64,000 nt of DNA from Eledone cirrhosa (Eukaryota). How positions within the stretch are numbered: position 1 is the first letter of the stretch; the number at the start of each line of letters is the position of its first letter. The stretch is from positions 23,064,001-23,128,000 of the forward strand of contig OZ024760.1 in NCBI GenBank assembly GCA_964016885.1, in the 5' to 3' direction. Below, in pieces: positions 43,239-57,423 of the stretch. The notes under the pieces were generated by a model that was not told the DNA's origin, made no database searches, and was given only the letters and a program-made list of their open reading frames with translations. A program made the translations under genes and the position numbers.

Positions 43239-43590
43239 TTCTATAATAATCCATCTCGTTAGTGGTCTGTCCAGTTGTGACTGTCAGTATGTTCTTCTGT
43301 GAATATATCTTACAAATTTGTTTGACACGGTCGTAACTGAAGAATTCTGTTTGGTTGGTTGCAGAAGTGGCCACACACTGAATAAGAGAGACATTCGGAA
43401 TGAGGTGGTCAGTTGTGGTCTTTAAAATGTGGCTGTAGGAATATCCGCTACCCAGACGTTTATATCTTGCTTCGCTGAATTGCGGACACTCTGACACTGA
43501 TGATGATGATGGTGATGATGTTGACGTGAGGGTGGCGGTAATGGTCAGAAATGGAAGTGGAGCGAGGTAGAATAGTAGTGACAACTTCAT
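43239..43590 (-). CDS. Host gene exon 1: signal peptide, S/T linker and degenerate PAN/Apple-like module of a 301-aa secreted protein
   Basis: ATG at 43590; hydrophobic leader MKLSLLFYLAPLPFLTITA; PAN-like pattern SLIQCVATS..EFFSYDRVKQICKIYS; donor AGAA|GTAAGT (phase 1). Exons sum 352+179+158+164+53 = 906 nt with no internal stop. Confidence 0.85.
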
Positions 43591-44157
43591 ATTGACCAAC
43601 ACTATCAACACTGGGACTGGGCAGTGGGAAAAAGGACGTTGTAATACCCTGAGAGGGCCGAGAGTGGGCAGCGAGAGGAAAGTATTATAAGGATGGTGAT
43701 GTGACCAAGACAGACATGGAAGAGATATAGATAAAAGAGAAAGTGGAGAAGGATTAGATAAGTAACAGTCTGGTCACTCTGGCCACTGATGTCCACTGAT
43801 TTCCGCTGCTTCCATCAATGTCTACTGTGATCTGAAATATCCACTGCCCCAAGCTAATACCAATTTCCACTAAAGGCAGAACTAACCAATATAACCATAG
43901 ACATCCGATAAAGCCAGAATTGACCACTATAGACACCAACGTTTACTACAACCAGAACTGACCACTAAATCCCCAACTGCCCACTACAGCCAACAATTTC
44001 AACTAAATATATAACCGACCACTACAGCCAGGACTGAGCACAACAACGAGAACTAACCCTTTACAGCCACAAATGTTCACTAAATCAAGAATTAATCACT
44101 AAATGCAAGACTGTTCAGCACAACTTTCCACTGGAAATAAACACCTCAGTTACAAAC

Positions 44158-44204
<47 letters not shown>

Positions 44205-44489
44205 GAGAGAGAGAGGGGGGAGGGAGTCACGCTTCACTGAACATGAAGTGCTGTTTGGTCAATAGAGAGCGGAGGTGGATGGCGTAATAGGAGGGGATAG
44301 TGTAGTGGTTAAGAATGGCACTTATTAACTACACACACATACACACATATATATATATATATATGTATATATATGTCTACATATATACACAGACTTATAC
44401 ATACACACACACACATATATGTATATATGTTCGCACTTATATACACATACCTATGCACACGTTTTTAAGTGGGTGTATATTACATATAT

Positions 44490-44555
<66 letters not shown>

Positions 44556-44624
44556 GCGCACTTATACGATACACAGACACTCAGTATGTTTGTATATATC
44601 TCTTTCTTTCTCTCTCTCTCCCTA

Positions 44625-44682
<58 letters not shown>

Positions 44683-44683
<1 letters not shown>

Positions 44684-45095
44684 TTATTAAAATAACAGTT
44701 TAAAGTTTAAGCAAAGAATCGCTGCTTTCACCCTTAACGGGATCTTCTGAAACGAACAAAGTCAATCTGTGAACGCAGAAGTGAATATTTCAAAAAAACG
44801 TTCCAGCCGGAGGAAGTCAGGAAGACGATACTCTGGTATGTCTTGTGAAGGGTGGTTTCCATGAACCAAAGTATCGTCTTCCTGTCTTCCTCCGGCTGCA
44901 ACGTTTTTTGAAATATTCACTTCTGTGTTCACAGATTGACTTTGTTAGTTTCGCAAGATCCCGTTAAGGGTGAAAGCAGCGATTCTTTGCTTAAACATTA
45001 ATCTGTTATTTTAATAAATATTTGTTCTACGGTTCTTATATATTTGATATATATTTATCCTTATCGAACCCTCTTTGGATTTTAGCCTTCAAATT
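44683..45095. mobile_element. Family G element with a ~335-bp inverted repeat
   Basis: 44683-44850 pairs with 44850-45020. The left (minus) arm has a CAGAAGA-TCCC GTTAA GGGT-GAAA core. Confidence 0.8.
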
Positions 45096-45659
45096 TGGGC
45101 CTTCTCTCTATATAATCCTGTACGTTGAGGAAAAAGAGGAAGAGAGGAAGGGAGTACTCACTCTTGGTGCTGCTAGAGATGAGAGTTGTACATTTTTTCG
45201 GGGTGTGTACAACCCTTGTGTAAAGCCTCGCCGCAATTGGGGATTTCAATTGTTATTTGTTATTTTATTAATAGTTTTATTTTCATATACCTGTATGTAA
45301 ACACCCCATTTGTATTTTTCCCCTTCTTTTGTGCCCTTGTGGCTAATAAAGAAATTTATCTATCTATCTATCTATCAATCTCTGTCTCTCTCTTTCTATA
45401 TATATATATTTATTTTTTATTATTATTTTTTTTTTTTCTTGTGCAATGGCTATACTCGATAACGAGGTGTCAGCCATCATATATGTATGTATGTATGTGT
45501 TTTTGTTTATGAAATCATAGTAAAACCTTAGATACAAACTATTTTTTGTTAAGAAAATTCTAAGATTCCTGATTTCATAATCTCATATCCACCGGATTCT
45601 TCTGCTTTTCGTGTACACAAGAGTGTAAAAAAAGCAAACAGCACTCACTATAAATGAGG

Positions 45660-45815
45660 TTGATGATAGGAAGGGCATCCAGCTGTAGAATTCAAGCCAA
45701 AACCAGTTCCGGTTTATGAGCAAGATAAGGTCACCCGACCTGGCACACCCCACAAGAAGACAACCCGTCTAACCCACGCTAGCGTGGAAGAATGCATGTG
45801 AAATGATGATGATAC
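45660..45815 (+). mobile_element. SINE/RTE-tail fragment ending in (GAT)n
   Basis: GATAGGAAGGGCATCCAGCTGTAGAA...AAGACAACCCGTCTAACCCACGCTAGCGTGGAA...ATGATGATGAT. The tail resembles the RTE 3' end at 47797-47880. Confidence 0.5.
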
Positions 45816-46220
45816 ATATGTGTATAAATATTTATACAACGCGTGTGTATAAATATTTATACAACGCGTGGGCTCATAAACTAGTCTGTCAGGCGACTTC
45901 TACTTGAAACTGCTGCATCGACCATCAATATATGATGTCCACACGCCGAGTGAGGGTGAGGCGTGAGCCTTCAAAAAAAGATCCAAGGCTGACGTTTCTA
46001 TGACACCGACATGTTCAACATAACCAACAATAAGCATCCACATTGTCTCTCGCTTTTCAAACCTGACAAGTCATGTCAACATCCCTTGTTGTACAAATAC
46101 GATATATAGCTGATTAAACTAGCGAATCAATATAATTGTATAAAACAACCATATTAATCATGCAATGTTAATCTAAAGGAAGGTCTGACGGATTGCGTAC
46201 GGTTTATTTTTTTTTTATCC

Positions 46221-47079
46221 TGTTTGTAAAATAAGTTGTACTACTTTGAATAAATAATGAATGAATATTACATAAGTTATCTACTAAATTTCGTGGCTCT
46301 TCATTAAATATATTTTGTTTATTTAAAGATTCACTTCTTTAAAATTCCTGAAATGTCAACACTTCCGGTGGCGATCGCTTAAATAAACATACTAATTTCC
46401 CATCACTAATTTTCTCCTAATGCAGTTTATATATAATATCCTCTTTTTTTAATGTAACATGGATTACGTTACTGATTACATAAGACAGTGTAACGCACTC
46501 TTCGTTCAATTTCTATGCATTATATATTATCAATTACGATTATATTTGATGTATCATTTCTGCATGTATATATACCTGCGTATAATATCAATATAGACAC
46601 TACACATGCTAGCAGAAAACCACCGGAAGGGTGGTTTTCTGCTAGTAATACTTAATTACACTAGCATTAAAACCATCCGAATGTTGGTTTTTCTGCTAGT
46701 ATGTGTAGTGTGTATATTGATATTATACGCAAATATCTATTCATGTAGGTATGATATGTCAAATATAATCGTAATTGACAATATTCACAGAAATTGAACG
46801 AAAACTGTGTTACACTGTCTTATATAAGTAAAGTAATCCATGATACATTAAAAAAATACGATATTATATATAAACTGCAATAGGAGAAAATTACTGACGG
46901 AAATATAAGAATATTTGTTTAAGCGATTGCTAACCGGAATTGTTGACATTTAAAAATTTTAAAGAAGTGAATCTTTAAATAAGTAATAAGTAATAAAATA
47001 TATTTAATAAAGAGTTACGAAATTTAGTACATAAATTATGTAATATTCATTCAATGTAATCCCACTTATTTTACAAACA
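46221..47079. mobile_element. ~860-bp foldback/MITE-like element with long diverged inverted arms
   Basis: TGTTTGTAAAATAAGT... / ...ACTTATTTTACAAACA. Arms of ~410 bp align throughout with scattered mismatches. Inner hairpin CTAGCAGAAAACCACC GGAAG GGTGGTTTTCTGCTAG. Confidence 0.75.
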
Positions 47080-47173
47080 TATATTCTGGTCGCAGTTCCG
47101 CACTCCTTTCTTTATTATAGTTAAGATTTCAGGAATCACAAAAAGCGGGTTAGCGCCGGAGGGTTCGGGATAG

Positions 47174-47247
<74 letters not shown>

Positions 47248-47338
47248 CTGTGTGTATATATATATATATATATTTATTAAAATAACAGATTAAAGTTTAA
47301 GCAAAGAATCGTTGCTTTCACCCTTAACGGGATCTTAT

Positions 47339-47379
<41 letters not shown>

Positions 47380-47381
<2 letters not shown>

Positions 47382-47768
47382 AGTACAATCCCAAAAGTAA
47401 GGTCTCCTTCCGATATTGCAACTTTTCCGTTAAAATCCTGTGGATGGTGCTTCAGGAAACCACGGGAACCAACATTCAGATACCATCCACAGTGATCCGC
47501 CGATCTTTACGCATGTTTTCCTCGGAAGGAGACCTTACTTTTGGGATTGCCCTCGTATATAATAACTGCGCGAAATTCGCACTTGGCGGTAGCGTTCAAC
47601 GGGAGCTCCATTCTCAACGGCTGCCAAGCCAAGATTGAGCATCCCAGCGAAGCACGCGCAAGCTTGTTTGGGAATGAAGGAAGCACCAATCACAACATCG
47701 TTGCCAACATCCGTACGAACAGTTTTTCTGCGTCCCCATCCCTTTGGAGAACTTTGGGATTACCCTCG
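47380..47768. mobile_element. Mariner-derived MITE (47380-47555) plus an adjacent partial copy ending at 47768
   Basis: TIRs CAATCCCAAAAGTAAGGTCTCCTTCCGA / TCGGAAGGAGACCTTACTTTTGGGATTGCCCTCG|TA. A second right-hand terminus TTTGGGATTACCCTCG|TA follows. Confidence 0.75.
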
Positions 47769-47796
47769 TATATATATATAAACGTATATATATATA

Positions 47797-48270
47797 TCAT
47801 CATCATCATCATCATCATCATCATTTTACGTCCGCTTTTCCCTGCTTGCAAGGATGGGACGGGTCTTATTCAGTACAGCATCTATCCACTCGTCACGGTC
47901 CCTCGTCATCTCCACCGTGAGCTTCAATGATCTGAGGTCTGTTCTCACCACCTCCGCCCATGTTTTTCATGGTCTACCTCTACCACGTCTTCCTTCAACT
48001 GGCATTTCCTGGCACTTACTCACCCATCGGTCATCCTCCATGCGCATCACATGTCCATACCACCTCAGTCTCCTCTCCCGTACACTACATTCTATCCCTC
48101 TCAGACACAGTTTCTCTCTCAACACATTTATGCTGGGTCGTTCACGCACATTTACACTGCAAATCCAACGGAGCAGGCTTGCCTCATTTCTCTCCAGCCG
48201 TCGCATATCCTCTGCGGTTGCTGCCCATGTCTCACTACCATGCAGCATCGCGCTCCTCACACAGGCATCA
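47797..48270 (-). mobile_element. RTE-clade LINE 3' fragment with (GAT)n tail
   Basis: RSAMLHGSETWAATAEDMRRLERNEASLLRWIC...RRLRWYGHVMRM...VEGRRGRGRP*KTW..RDRDEW. Confidence 0.9.
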
Positions 48271-48385
48271 TATATATATATTTAATGCGATGAAATACCA
48301 ATGATAGTTGGAAAATCACTGACGAAGGACTATTTTTATCATATGTAACCCATGTGCAAACCACGCAGTATTCTTCTTTCTTCTC

Positions 48386-48433
<48 letters not shown>

Positions 48434-48449
48434 TGTATGCATATATATG

Positions 48450-48895
48450 CAACTATCTCCAATTGATCTGGCTGGGTTTTCAATCGAGTCCAACCAAGTT
48501 CATGGATATTAACCAACCATCTTGCTCGGGGTTCCCTATCCCTCTACTGGGTCTTCTGCCGATCGGTTTTACCCTTAACATGTCTCCAGTGATTCTTTCC
48601 TGAGTTATTCTTACCTTATGTCCATAGTATCGGCGGCGGGATCTCTGAATTCAGAGAAGTAGTGACTATAACGGGAGTGATTCTGACCTCCGAGCTCCAC
48701 ATTTTATCGAGTAACGTTACCCCAAAGACCCTTCAGAGGACCCCATTTCGGCTGCCTCTATTAGCCATCATATTCTTTCGGTTGTTACCCAAGATCCATA
48801 ACCGTAGATAAGGCTTGGCACAGAAACCATATTTGAGATAACTACATTGGCTTTTACGTCTACCTCCCTTCTTCTGATTACTCTACTTTGCATTG
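48450..48895 (-). mobile_element. Second, non-amplified copy of the Expander/Rex3-like RTE fragment
   Basis: Contains a single diverged copy of the 100-bp unit (CCAGTGATTCTTTCCTGAG...) and LIYGYGSWVTTERI..AAEMG motifs. Confidence 0.75.
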
Positions 48896-49885
48896 AATGA
48901 AAAAAACAATCTACGCGGTATTTCTCTACATACAAAGGAATGATAAATTTCAGAATAGCTGTCTAAATTATTAGAAGATAAATACCGATGACAGACGCGG
49001 ACATCACGCTTGGAGCTAAACATCTTTTTGTCTTACTTAAATTCAACAGACTATCATTTCCTGTCAGCCATTTCCTTTACCGTGTCTCTCAGACAACTTC
49101 TGAAATAGTCGTTTTTGTATTCAATTTAAAATAACTGTTTTGAATAAGACGTTGTAAAAGACAGAGGTTAAAGCTCAAACTAATTACGAATGGAAAAGCA
49201 AGGGATCTGGGGCCACAGAAGAGTGGCAGAGGGAAGGCAGGAGGGTGATGGTCAATGGCCCTTTGGCGCGGTGTTATTGGGACTGCACACCACGGATAAG
49301 ACATCAAAAAGGTATTTCCACGGATAATGACCAGTAACACCCGCTGCAACAGCCATCCAACCTTCAGGGGCTGCGTCCTCAGGCGGACTGCTGAAGTTCT
49401 AATGTTTCGGAGGAACCCGGCAGTGCTAGGACTGAGTCTGCCTGATGTCTCGACGCTACCCGGTGTAAGGAAGAAGCGGCCGGGAGAAACCCCGTGTTTG
49501 TCTTCCTTCCTTTTCTCTGCATTTCAGGCCGCAGTGCCGAGGTTTGTAGCCGAAGCGACTAATCAGGAAACGTAGATTGTGTCACAAAATATGGCCTCCC
49601 AGATGAAGAATCTACTTCCCGAAAATGTAAACGGTGAAGAACGTGTAGGGGCATGTGTAAATTGATTACTTATTTATGCACAACAGTAATTTGTAGGCGC
49701 GTGATTATATCCACACTAGTATTCATTGATTTTACCAGCGCTAGAAGCCATGGATCGAAGTGTTGATTTTCCCAGCAATTGACATCAGAATATAGAAATC
49801 AATGACAAGAGTGGCAATGACATATTCATCACTGGACTACCAATTCTGCCGGTCATCCACTCTCAAGATGCATTATATTAATGGA

Positions 49886-50076
49886 GGGTGGTGGATTGGC
49901 AGTCTCGGTAGAGCGTCGGACGCCATGCTTTGAAGTATAGAGTTAACTCCCTTTATGATCTGAGTTCAAATCCCGCCGTGGTTAACTTTGCCTTTCATCC
50001 TTACAGGGTCGATAAAATAAAGTACCAGTAATACACTGGATAATTGCTGGCCCTGTGCCAAACGTAGAAACAATTA
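49886..50076 (+). mobile_element. tRNA-derived SINE family 2, full-length-like copy
   Basis: A-box-like TGGCAGTCTCGGTAG, B-box GAGTTCAAATCC, GCCTTTCATCCTT core and ATT tail. Further plus copies at ~50730-50915 and ~56475-56660. Confidence 0.8.
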
Positions 50077-50249
50077 TATTAATGAAGTTATAATGATATG
50101 AAGCGATTCTAAAGAAGAGGTGACCCCTCAATTGCGTTTCTTATATATATAAATATATATACACACACATATATATAAGTGTATCCCGTTCAATAGGGGG
50201 TAACCACAGTAATTAAGGTATTCAATACAAAGCAGAGTATAAATATTTG

Positions 50250-50365
50250 ATATAGAAAAAGCTTCTACAAGACTAGAACTGTTTCATTCGGGAGAAATCA
50301 TCAGGGCTTCTCGATGATTTCTCTCGAATGAAACAGTTCTAGTCCTGTAGAAGCCTTTTCTATGT
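50250..50365. mobile_element. Family E palindrome with two hammerhead-derived arms
   Basis: Plus 50305-50355: GGCTTC-TCGATGA-TTTC TCTC GAAT-GAAA-CAG TTCTAGTC CTG-TA-GAAGCC. The minus arm has an intact CTGATGA but no stem-I partner. Confidence 0.7.
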
Positions 50366-50366
50366 G

Positions 50367-50437
<71 letters not shown>

Positions 50438-50912
50438 CATAAATTATACAATTATCAAAGTTGTGTTCAAATCATTTGAACAAAATCATTTGATCACATC
50501 TTTGGTAATATAATTTATTTATTTTCCTGCTCTGTAAAACACCTGATGTTCATACATTGAGCTATTTCTCTTACTGGTAATAAGGTAATTAAGAAACTAC
50601 TGACCTTTCAGTTTATAGTTGTTTATAATATATACATAACTATAAATAGTATTATTATTATACATAAATACCAGTAATACACTGTGTAATTGCTGGCCAT
50701 GTGCTAAAAGTAGAAACAATTATATATATAATTGGCAGTATCGGTAGAAGGTTGGACGCCATGCTTTCTAGCATAATTACGTCTCTTTACAGTCTGAGTT
50801 CAAATCCCACCGAGGTTAACTTTGCCTTTCATCCTTACGGGGTCGATAAAATAAAGTACCAGTAATGTACTAGGGTATTTGCTGGCCTTGTGCCTCAAGT
50901 AGAAACAATCAT

Positions 50913-50989
<77 letters not shown>

Positions 50990-51495
50990 TATATAAATGG
51001 AATAGAATGAAACGAAATTTCATTTCTCACTCTTAGTACGGCACTTACTTAAATGTATATATATCAGTGTTGTTTATCCTAAATGTTAGGGTCCGTACCG
51101 TAGATAAACACAATGTAATCCGATTCGGTGATATCCACAGAAAGGTTCCGTGTTCCACTGAGTTAATTCCTTAGATGCAGAGTCATGTATTAGCTATTAT
51201 ATTAACAATGACAATACAAGCAACAACGTCAATTTACTTTAACTATTCATATCATTGTGTTACGACCATTTGGAACCTCATATATAGTTTCGTTCGGACC
51301 ATTGTTTCCGAAGAAGACGGTCTGATCGAACCTATATGTGAGGTCTGATAGTATACAGTTGCACAGTTATATAACTGCTACAGATCAGAGAATGTATCAA
51401 TATGATCAATCCTCCGAAACGATCGTAAAATGTATGATATGAATAGGTAAAATAACATAACTTTGTTATTTTTATTTTCATTGTTAATTTAAGAA

Positions 51496-51545
<50 letters not shown>

Positions 51546-51798
51546 CAGAGGTTATATTTAATCTGTTGGGATTCAACAAGCTTAAAATGTTTATAACGAT
51601 ATAAAGCACTCAACAGTAGAGTAAATATACGATATATTAATAAATGGAAACTATATTTATAAAACCATAATTATTTTATTATATATATTTCAAGGGCGAC
51701 CAAGGTAAATTATGGTGCGCTTTCATCCAGCGAATTTCAACCGTTGAGGTTGTATTTTTTCCGGGTATGTCTATATTTATTTCTAAAATAAATCTGTA

Positions 51799-51860
51799 TT
51801 TTATCTGATGAAAGCTCACCATAATTTACCTTGGTCGCCCTTGAAATATATATAATAAAA
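51799..51860 (+). ncRNA. Type-I hammerhead motif (family A) within inverted element ~51625-51905
   Basis: TTTTAT-CTGATGA-AAGCTCACCA...TGGTCGCCCTT-GAAA-TATATA-TA-ATAAAA. Confidence 0.65.
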
Positions 51861-52061
51861 TAATTATGGTTTTATAAATATAGTTTCCATTTATTACTAT
51901 ATTGTATATATATATATATATATATATACATTTTTTTTTTCTTAGGGATGAAATAGATTGCAGACAAGTGTTGATCTAATCTATTTCTTCAAAACAATGT
52001 GATTTTGAATGTTGTATCAGTTTATATTTCACGCCCTTGCACACATCCTTACACCCACGTA

Positions 52062-52211
<150 letters not shown>

Positions 52212-52296
52212 GTTACATATATAATTACATACATACATATATAATTACATACATATATATATATTTATATATATATATACATACATATATAATTAA

Positions 52297-52367
<71 letters not shown>

Positions 52368-52639
52368 TGCACGCATATACGTAGATTATATTATAGGTGT
52401 GTGATGCGTCATCAAAGCTGTGGCGGTATTGGGATGAGATTTCAGAGACTTCAAAAGGATTAAGTCATTTGATCATGTTTTATTTTACGACATCCAGGCC
52501 TCCAATTATTATGGATTTATTTTAATTTTCTAACCTGTAATATGTGAAGTTTTCGTTTGAGGTCTTGTGTGTAAGCATTTCTTGATAGCAATGAAATATA
52601 TTTTATATATAGGGACGCTTTATGTTGGTTAGGATACTG

Positions 52640-52720
<81 letters not shown>

Positions 52721-52752
52721 ATATATATATTATATATATATTCATATATATA

Positions 52753-52854
<102 letters not shown>

Positions 52855-52946
52855 TCATATATATATATTTATATATATGTATATATATGTATATATATAT
52901 ATATATTATATATATATATACATATATACATATATATATACATATA

Positions 52947-52993
<47 letters not shown>

Positions 52994-53433
52994 TGTGTTT
53001 GTGATGTTTATATATACACGTCTATTGATATTTTCATATATATATATATATATATATACATACATATATATGTATGTATATATATATATGTTGTATATAT
53101 ATATATATGTGTGTGTGTATTTGTGTGTGTGTACGTGTGTGTGTGTTTCTGTACATATGGTCGGTATGTGTTTTATTGATCAAAAGAAACATGAAATACG
53201 TACAAACACACATACACACTCTGACACATGCAGACATATATACATATATATATATATATATAATTATATGTGTATGTGTGTGTGTATGCGTGTGTGTGTA
53301 TGTTTATAAAAGTGAGGTCCTTCAACCAATGTGACGTAGAGCCGCCATATTCACCATCACCTCGTAGGTTTTTATAGTAAATGACGTTTATATAGAATTG
53401 TGCTTTAGTGTTGGATCCGCATTTCTGTCATAT

Positions 53434-53563
<130 letters not shown>

Positions 53564-54388
53564 GGTGCTGTTGCTTCCTGTTTTCGTCGTGGTGGAAATA
53601 AAATATAAATAAATAAGTAAATAACAAGAAGAATTAAAGGACAAACAGAAACAGCTGTAGTAGTGGTGTGCCGAATATGAAGAGGCATACTAGTATGACA
53701 ATGGTAATAAAATATTCATTAATATCGATAGAATAACACACATAAACTGTAGGAAGAATGGACTGTGCAACATTCTGCGATGCCATAAAGAAATAAATCC
53801 GTACCCGCTGAAAATTATGGCAAACGAAATAAAGGCCTGGATTTTTATTCCAAAGTATTAGTAAATAACGCAGAAGATCCTTTAAACGGTAATAAGAATA
53901 TGGATGTTTCCATACCACATGCATATTTACAGCTACACACTAAAAACATTATTAGGTATGGCAATAATACGTTTCTATACTACATTCATATTTACAGCTG
54001 CGCTATAGAACTAGAACGGTGAAACCATAAGCAATACGTATGTTTATAATCTGGAATGGTAATAAAGATGGTATAGAAGAAATTTTGGTCAACAAAAGCT
54101 TAGATTATTTCCGAAGATATATTAGGAATGAATCTCAAAAATATATGTTCGATAGTAATAGAAAAAAGACATTTAACACTCTCGGGGACATGATGTGATG
54201 TACCATAATTAGATATTAGATGAATCCTGAAGGATTTCAAGGGGATTTATTAAATGTCTGAATTACTTCATCATTCAGATGGTAATTGTAACTTAATTTA
54301 AAGATCGATCCTCATATTAAATGATGTTGTATGTTCCTTATTTGAATAGAAGAACCGTGAAATGGTTATTTTTTAGTTTTTGTTTCAG

Positions 54389-54431
<43 letters not shown>

Positions 54432-54481
54432 TCTCTCTCTTTCTTTCTTTCCCTATCTCTCTTTCTCTCTCTCTCCCTCAC

Positions 54482-54558
<77 letters not shown>

Positions 54559-54742
54559 AGGTGTGGTAAGGAACCAGATGGACCATAAGGCACCAGAGTA
54601 CTCAATACATAGGGTATTAGTGTGGGTAATAGGAAAATGTTTTACCCCGACGGCAGATCTCAAGCCGTTTCGACAGCTATTTCTGGAATCCAGAAATAGC
54701 TGTCTAAAGGGCTTCAGCTCTACTGCCGGCGTTAAACATTTT

Positions 54743-54782
<40 letters not shown>

Positions 54783-55112
54783 CGTCCCCTCAATCTATCT
54801 TATTTTTCATTCTTTCTTCTGGTGAAGGACTAGCGTCCGAAACGTTAAGGCCCTCTTCCTGCTATGTCAAGCGTTAACCTAATATATCCCGTCCATATAC
54901 TGTACCGATTCTGTTGTGATTTCTGTTCACCTATTTACTGCTGTACACAATGAACACCAAGCTTAACGTATGTTGATACTCTAAGGACAGACACTGGTCT
55001 GCTGGAAACGCAGTACATGGCAGCGATAATGACGGACAGAGACCGCTGGAGTGAACTCGTCCATGGATTTCAGGAATTTTACCCGCCCTATATATATATA
55101 TATATATATATA

Positions 55113-55460
55113 TGGTGGCTGCCAACTCGTTTTCGAGTATGGCCACTACTTTATATCCATGTAGAAGAACTCCTACCGATGCGCTGAACGAATGTGACTT
55201 TAGTCCAGCCAGCGACTTGAAAACTCTGGTACAAACACTACACTTGTGACAATTATTGACCCATAGTGCTAGGCCCATCGTACCATGTGACGACAAGTGC
55301 AGAGAGATCTCCAGATATAAAGCAATGCCTGTGCCGTGAAGCTTTTATAGTGAGCAAAGGCACTGCACAAAGCCAGTCCCACTCTCTTAACCAAAATGAT
55401 ATTTACCAAAAAGAAGAACAAGTCAACATCATTGGATACCAACAGAGTTGCAGGTGTTAT
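55113..55460 (-). mobile_element. RTE-like LINE 3' remnant with a C2H2 motif
   Basis: HKCSVCTRVFKSLAGLKSH resembles the terminal zinc finger of some RTE elements. The surrounding frames are degraded. Confidence 0.5.
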
Positions 55461-57376
55461 ATCAGGTGTTATATCAGGTGTTATATCAGAGTTTTCCTAT
55501 ATATATATACACAAACATATGAGTATGTGGAATTAAGTATGCTTTTCCGAATAGTACAGGAAATGAACAGTTCTAGTCCCGTAGGGGGCATGTTTGTATA
55601 AATCATATATCGAGAGAAAGTGAGAGAATAAAAAAAGAACGAGAGATAGACCGAGAAAGAAAGACCGAATGAGTTACATAGAGCAAAAAAAAAAAAAATA
55701 GGTTGATGGGGGAGGAATTGCATAGAGCTAAGTAGTGGAACGAGGGAAATTAGAAAAGATCTGAAGACACACTCATGACTAAAGGAAATAATCAATATAA
55801 GCAGATCAATATTGCTGAAACAATCGACTATTCAGCGCAAAGTTTTGTCAGCGCACTTTTTGTATTGCAGTACAGTGAAGTGCACTCCTTCTACTGTAAT
55901 ACAGTGTACAGCTTGTATCGCAGTTAATTGCGTGAATGTTGCAAGGAAATATACTGCACTTGCTGCATTGCAGTTTGATGCACACTCTGCAGTGCAGGGC
56001 AATGTGCATGTATATTGCACAACACTTTCGAATATCGATTCGAAATCAATTCAGGCTATTGTCGAAATTGCTGACTAGATATATTTGTTATTTAGGCAAC
56101 CCTATGTTGACGTTTCTTCGGAGAGTTATTATATTGAGTGGAGTGGAGTGGTGTGTTTTGTCTAAGGTATAACACTTTAACTATAACAAGGTCAATAATC
56201 ATTGTAGATATGTTTGTGTATATAATTGTTTCTACTTTGTCCTAAGGCCAGAAATTACCCAGTGCATTACTGGTACTTTATTTTATCGACCCTGTAAGGA
56301 TGAAAGGCAAAGTTAACCTCAGCGGGATTTGAACGTAGACCGTAAAGGGACGTAACTATCCTGGAAAGCATGGCGTCTTCACAGCCCTTGTATGTGTATA
56401 TAATGTGATGTCTTGATTTACTCGAACGTTTTACATTTTAGCTGTTATAACTTTATAATTATACGTATGCATTATGGCGGTGGATTGTCAGTATCAGTTG
56501 AGGGCCGGACGCCATACTTTGCATCATAAAGTTACGCCCCTTACGGTCTCAGTTCAAATCCTGCCAAAGTTAACTTTGCCTTTCATCCTTACGGGGTGGG
56601 TAAAATAAAGTACCAGTAATGTACTGGCATAATTGCTGGCATTGTGCCCAAAATAGTAACACTAATTAGATATATGCGTGTATGGGCCCAAATCTCCTAG
56701 TGGAGTCGGGAGGAAGGTGTGTGTTTCATATTTTGATATATGAAGCTGGTTGAGTACTTTAAAATAAGTTGAGGTTTTTTTAATTCTTTTCGATAAGATT
56801 GTTGACGTCTCAGAGTATTGTCGTTTGTCAGATCGGAATGAGGGATCAGTTTCCTTGGCCCTCCATGGGGGTGTCTACAAAGTGGGTCCCTCAGGATGTA
56901 AAGCAACATTTATAATAACCAGATTTGGCTTGTGTCTAAAAAAATACAAATGAGCGAAAGATATATCAGATCATGATTTCTACTATAGGAACAAGGCCAG
57001 GAATTTGGGGGTGCGGGTGGTTGGATGTCGATTAAATCGACGCCAGTGTATTACTGGTACTTTATACTATCGACATATATTTATATTATCGACGATAATC
57101 TAACCACGGCGGGATATGAACCCAGAACGGAAACGGCCATAACTCTATGGTGTAAGCCAGATCTATCCCCATTGACAGATACAAACTACATATATATATA
57201 TATAGAAAGATTTGAATGGATACAGTTTAGTTGAAAGGAATTTATTGACACGTGTTTCTATAACAGTTACATAACCTGAAAACAGCTGCTATCTACAAAG
57301 TATTAGTTATGCAGACAATCAATATTTCAATGTTATTATTTACTGTCATTTCATCATTACAACACAACGGAAAATA

Positions 57377-57423
<47 letters not shown>

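Noticed and set aside
47854-48304. Plus-strand ORFs of 143 and 114 aa
   Set aside because: Antisense shadows of the RTE fragment.
48318-48345. CTGACGAAGGAC hammerhead start (also ~63258)
   Set aside because: No closing stem II or GAAA in either copy; at most a deleted remnant.
53326-53351. CCAAT + TGACGT + GCCGCCAT promoter-like cluster (similar isolated motifs at ~26276 and ~28660)
   Set aside because: Short motifs with no linked exon or TSS evidence; indistinguishable from chance here.
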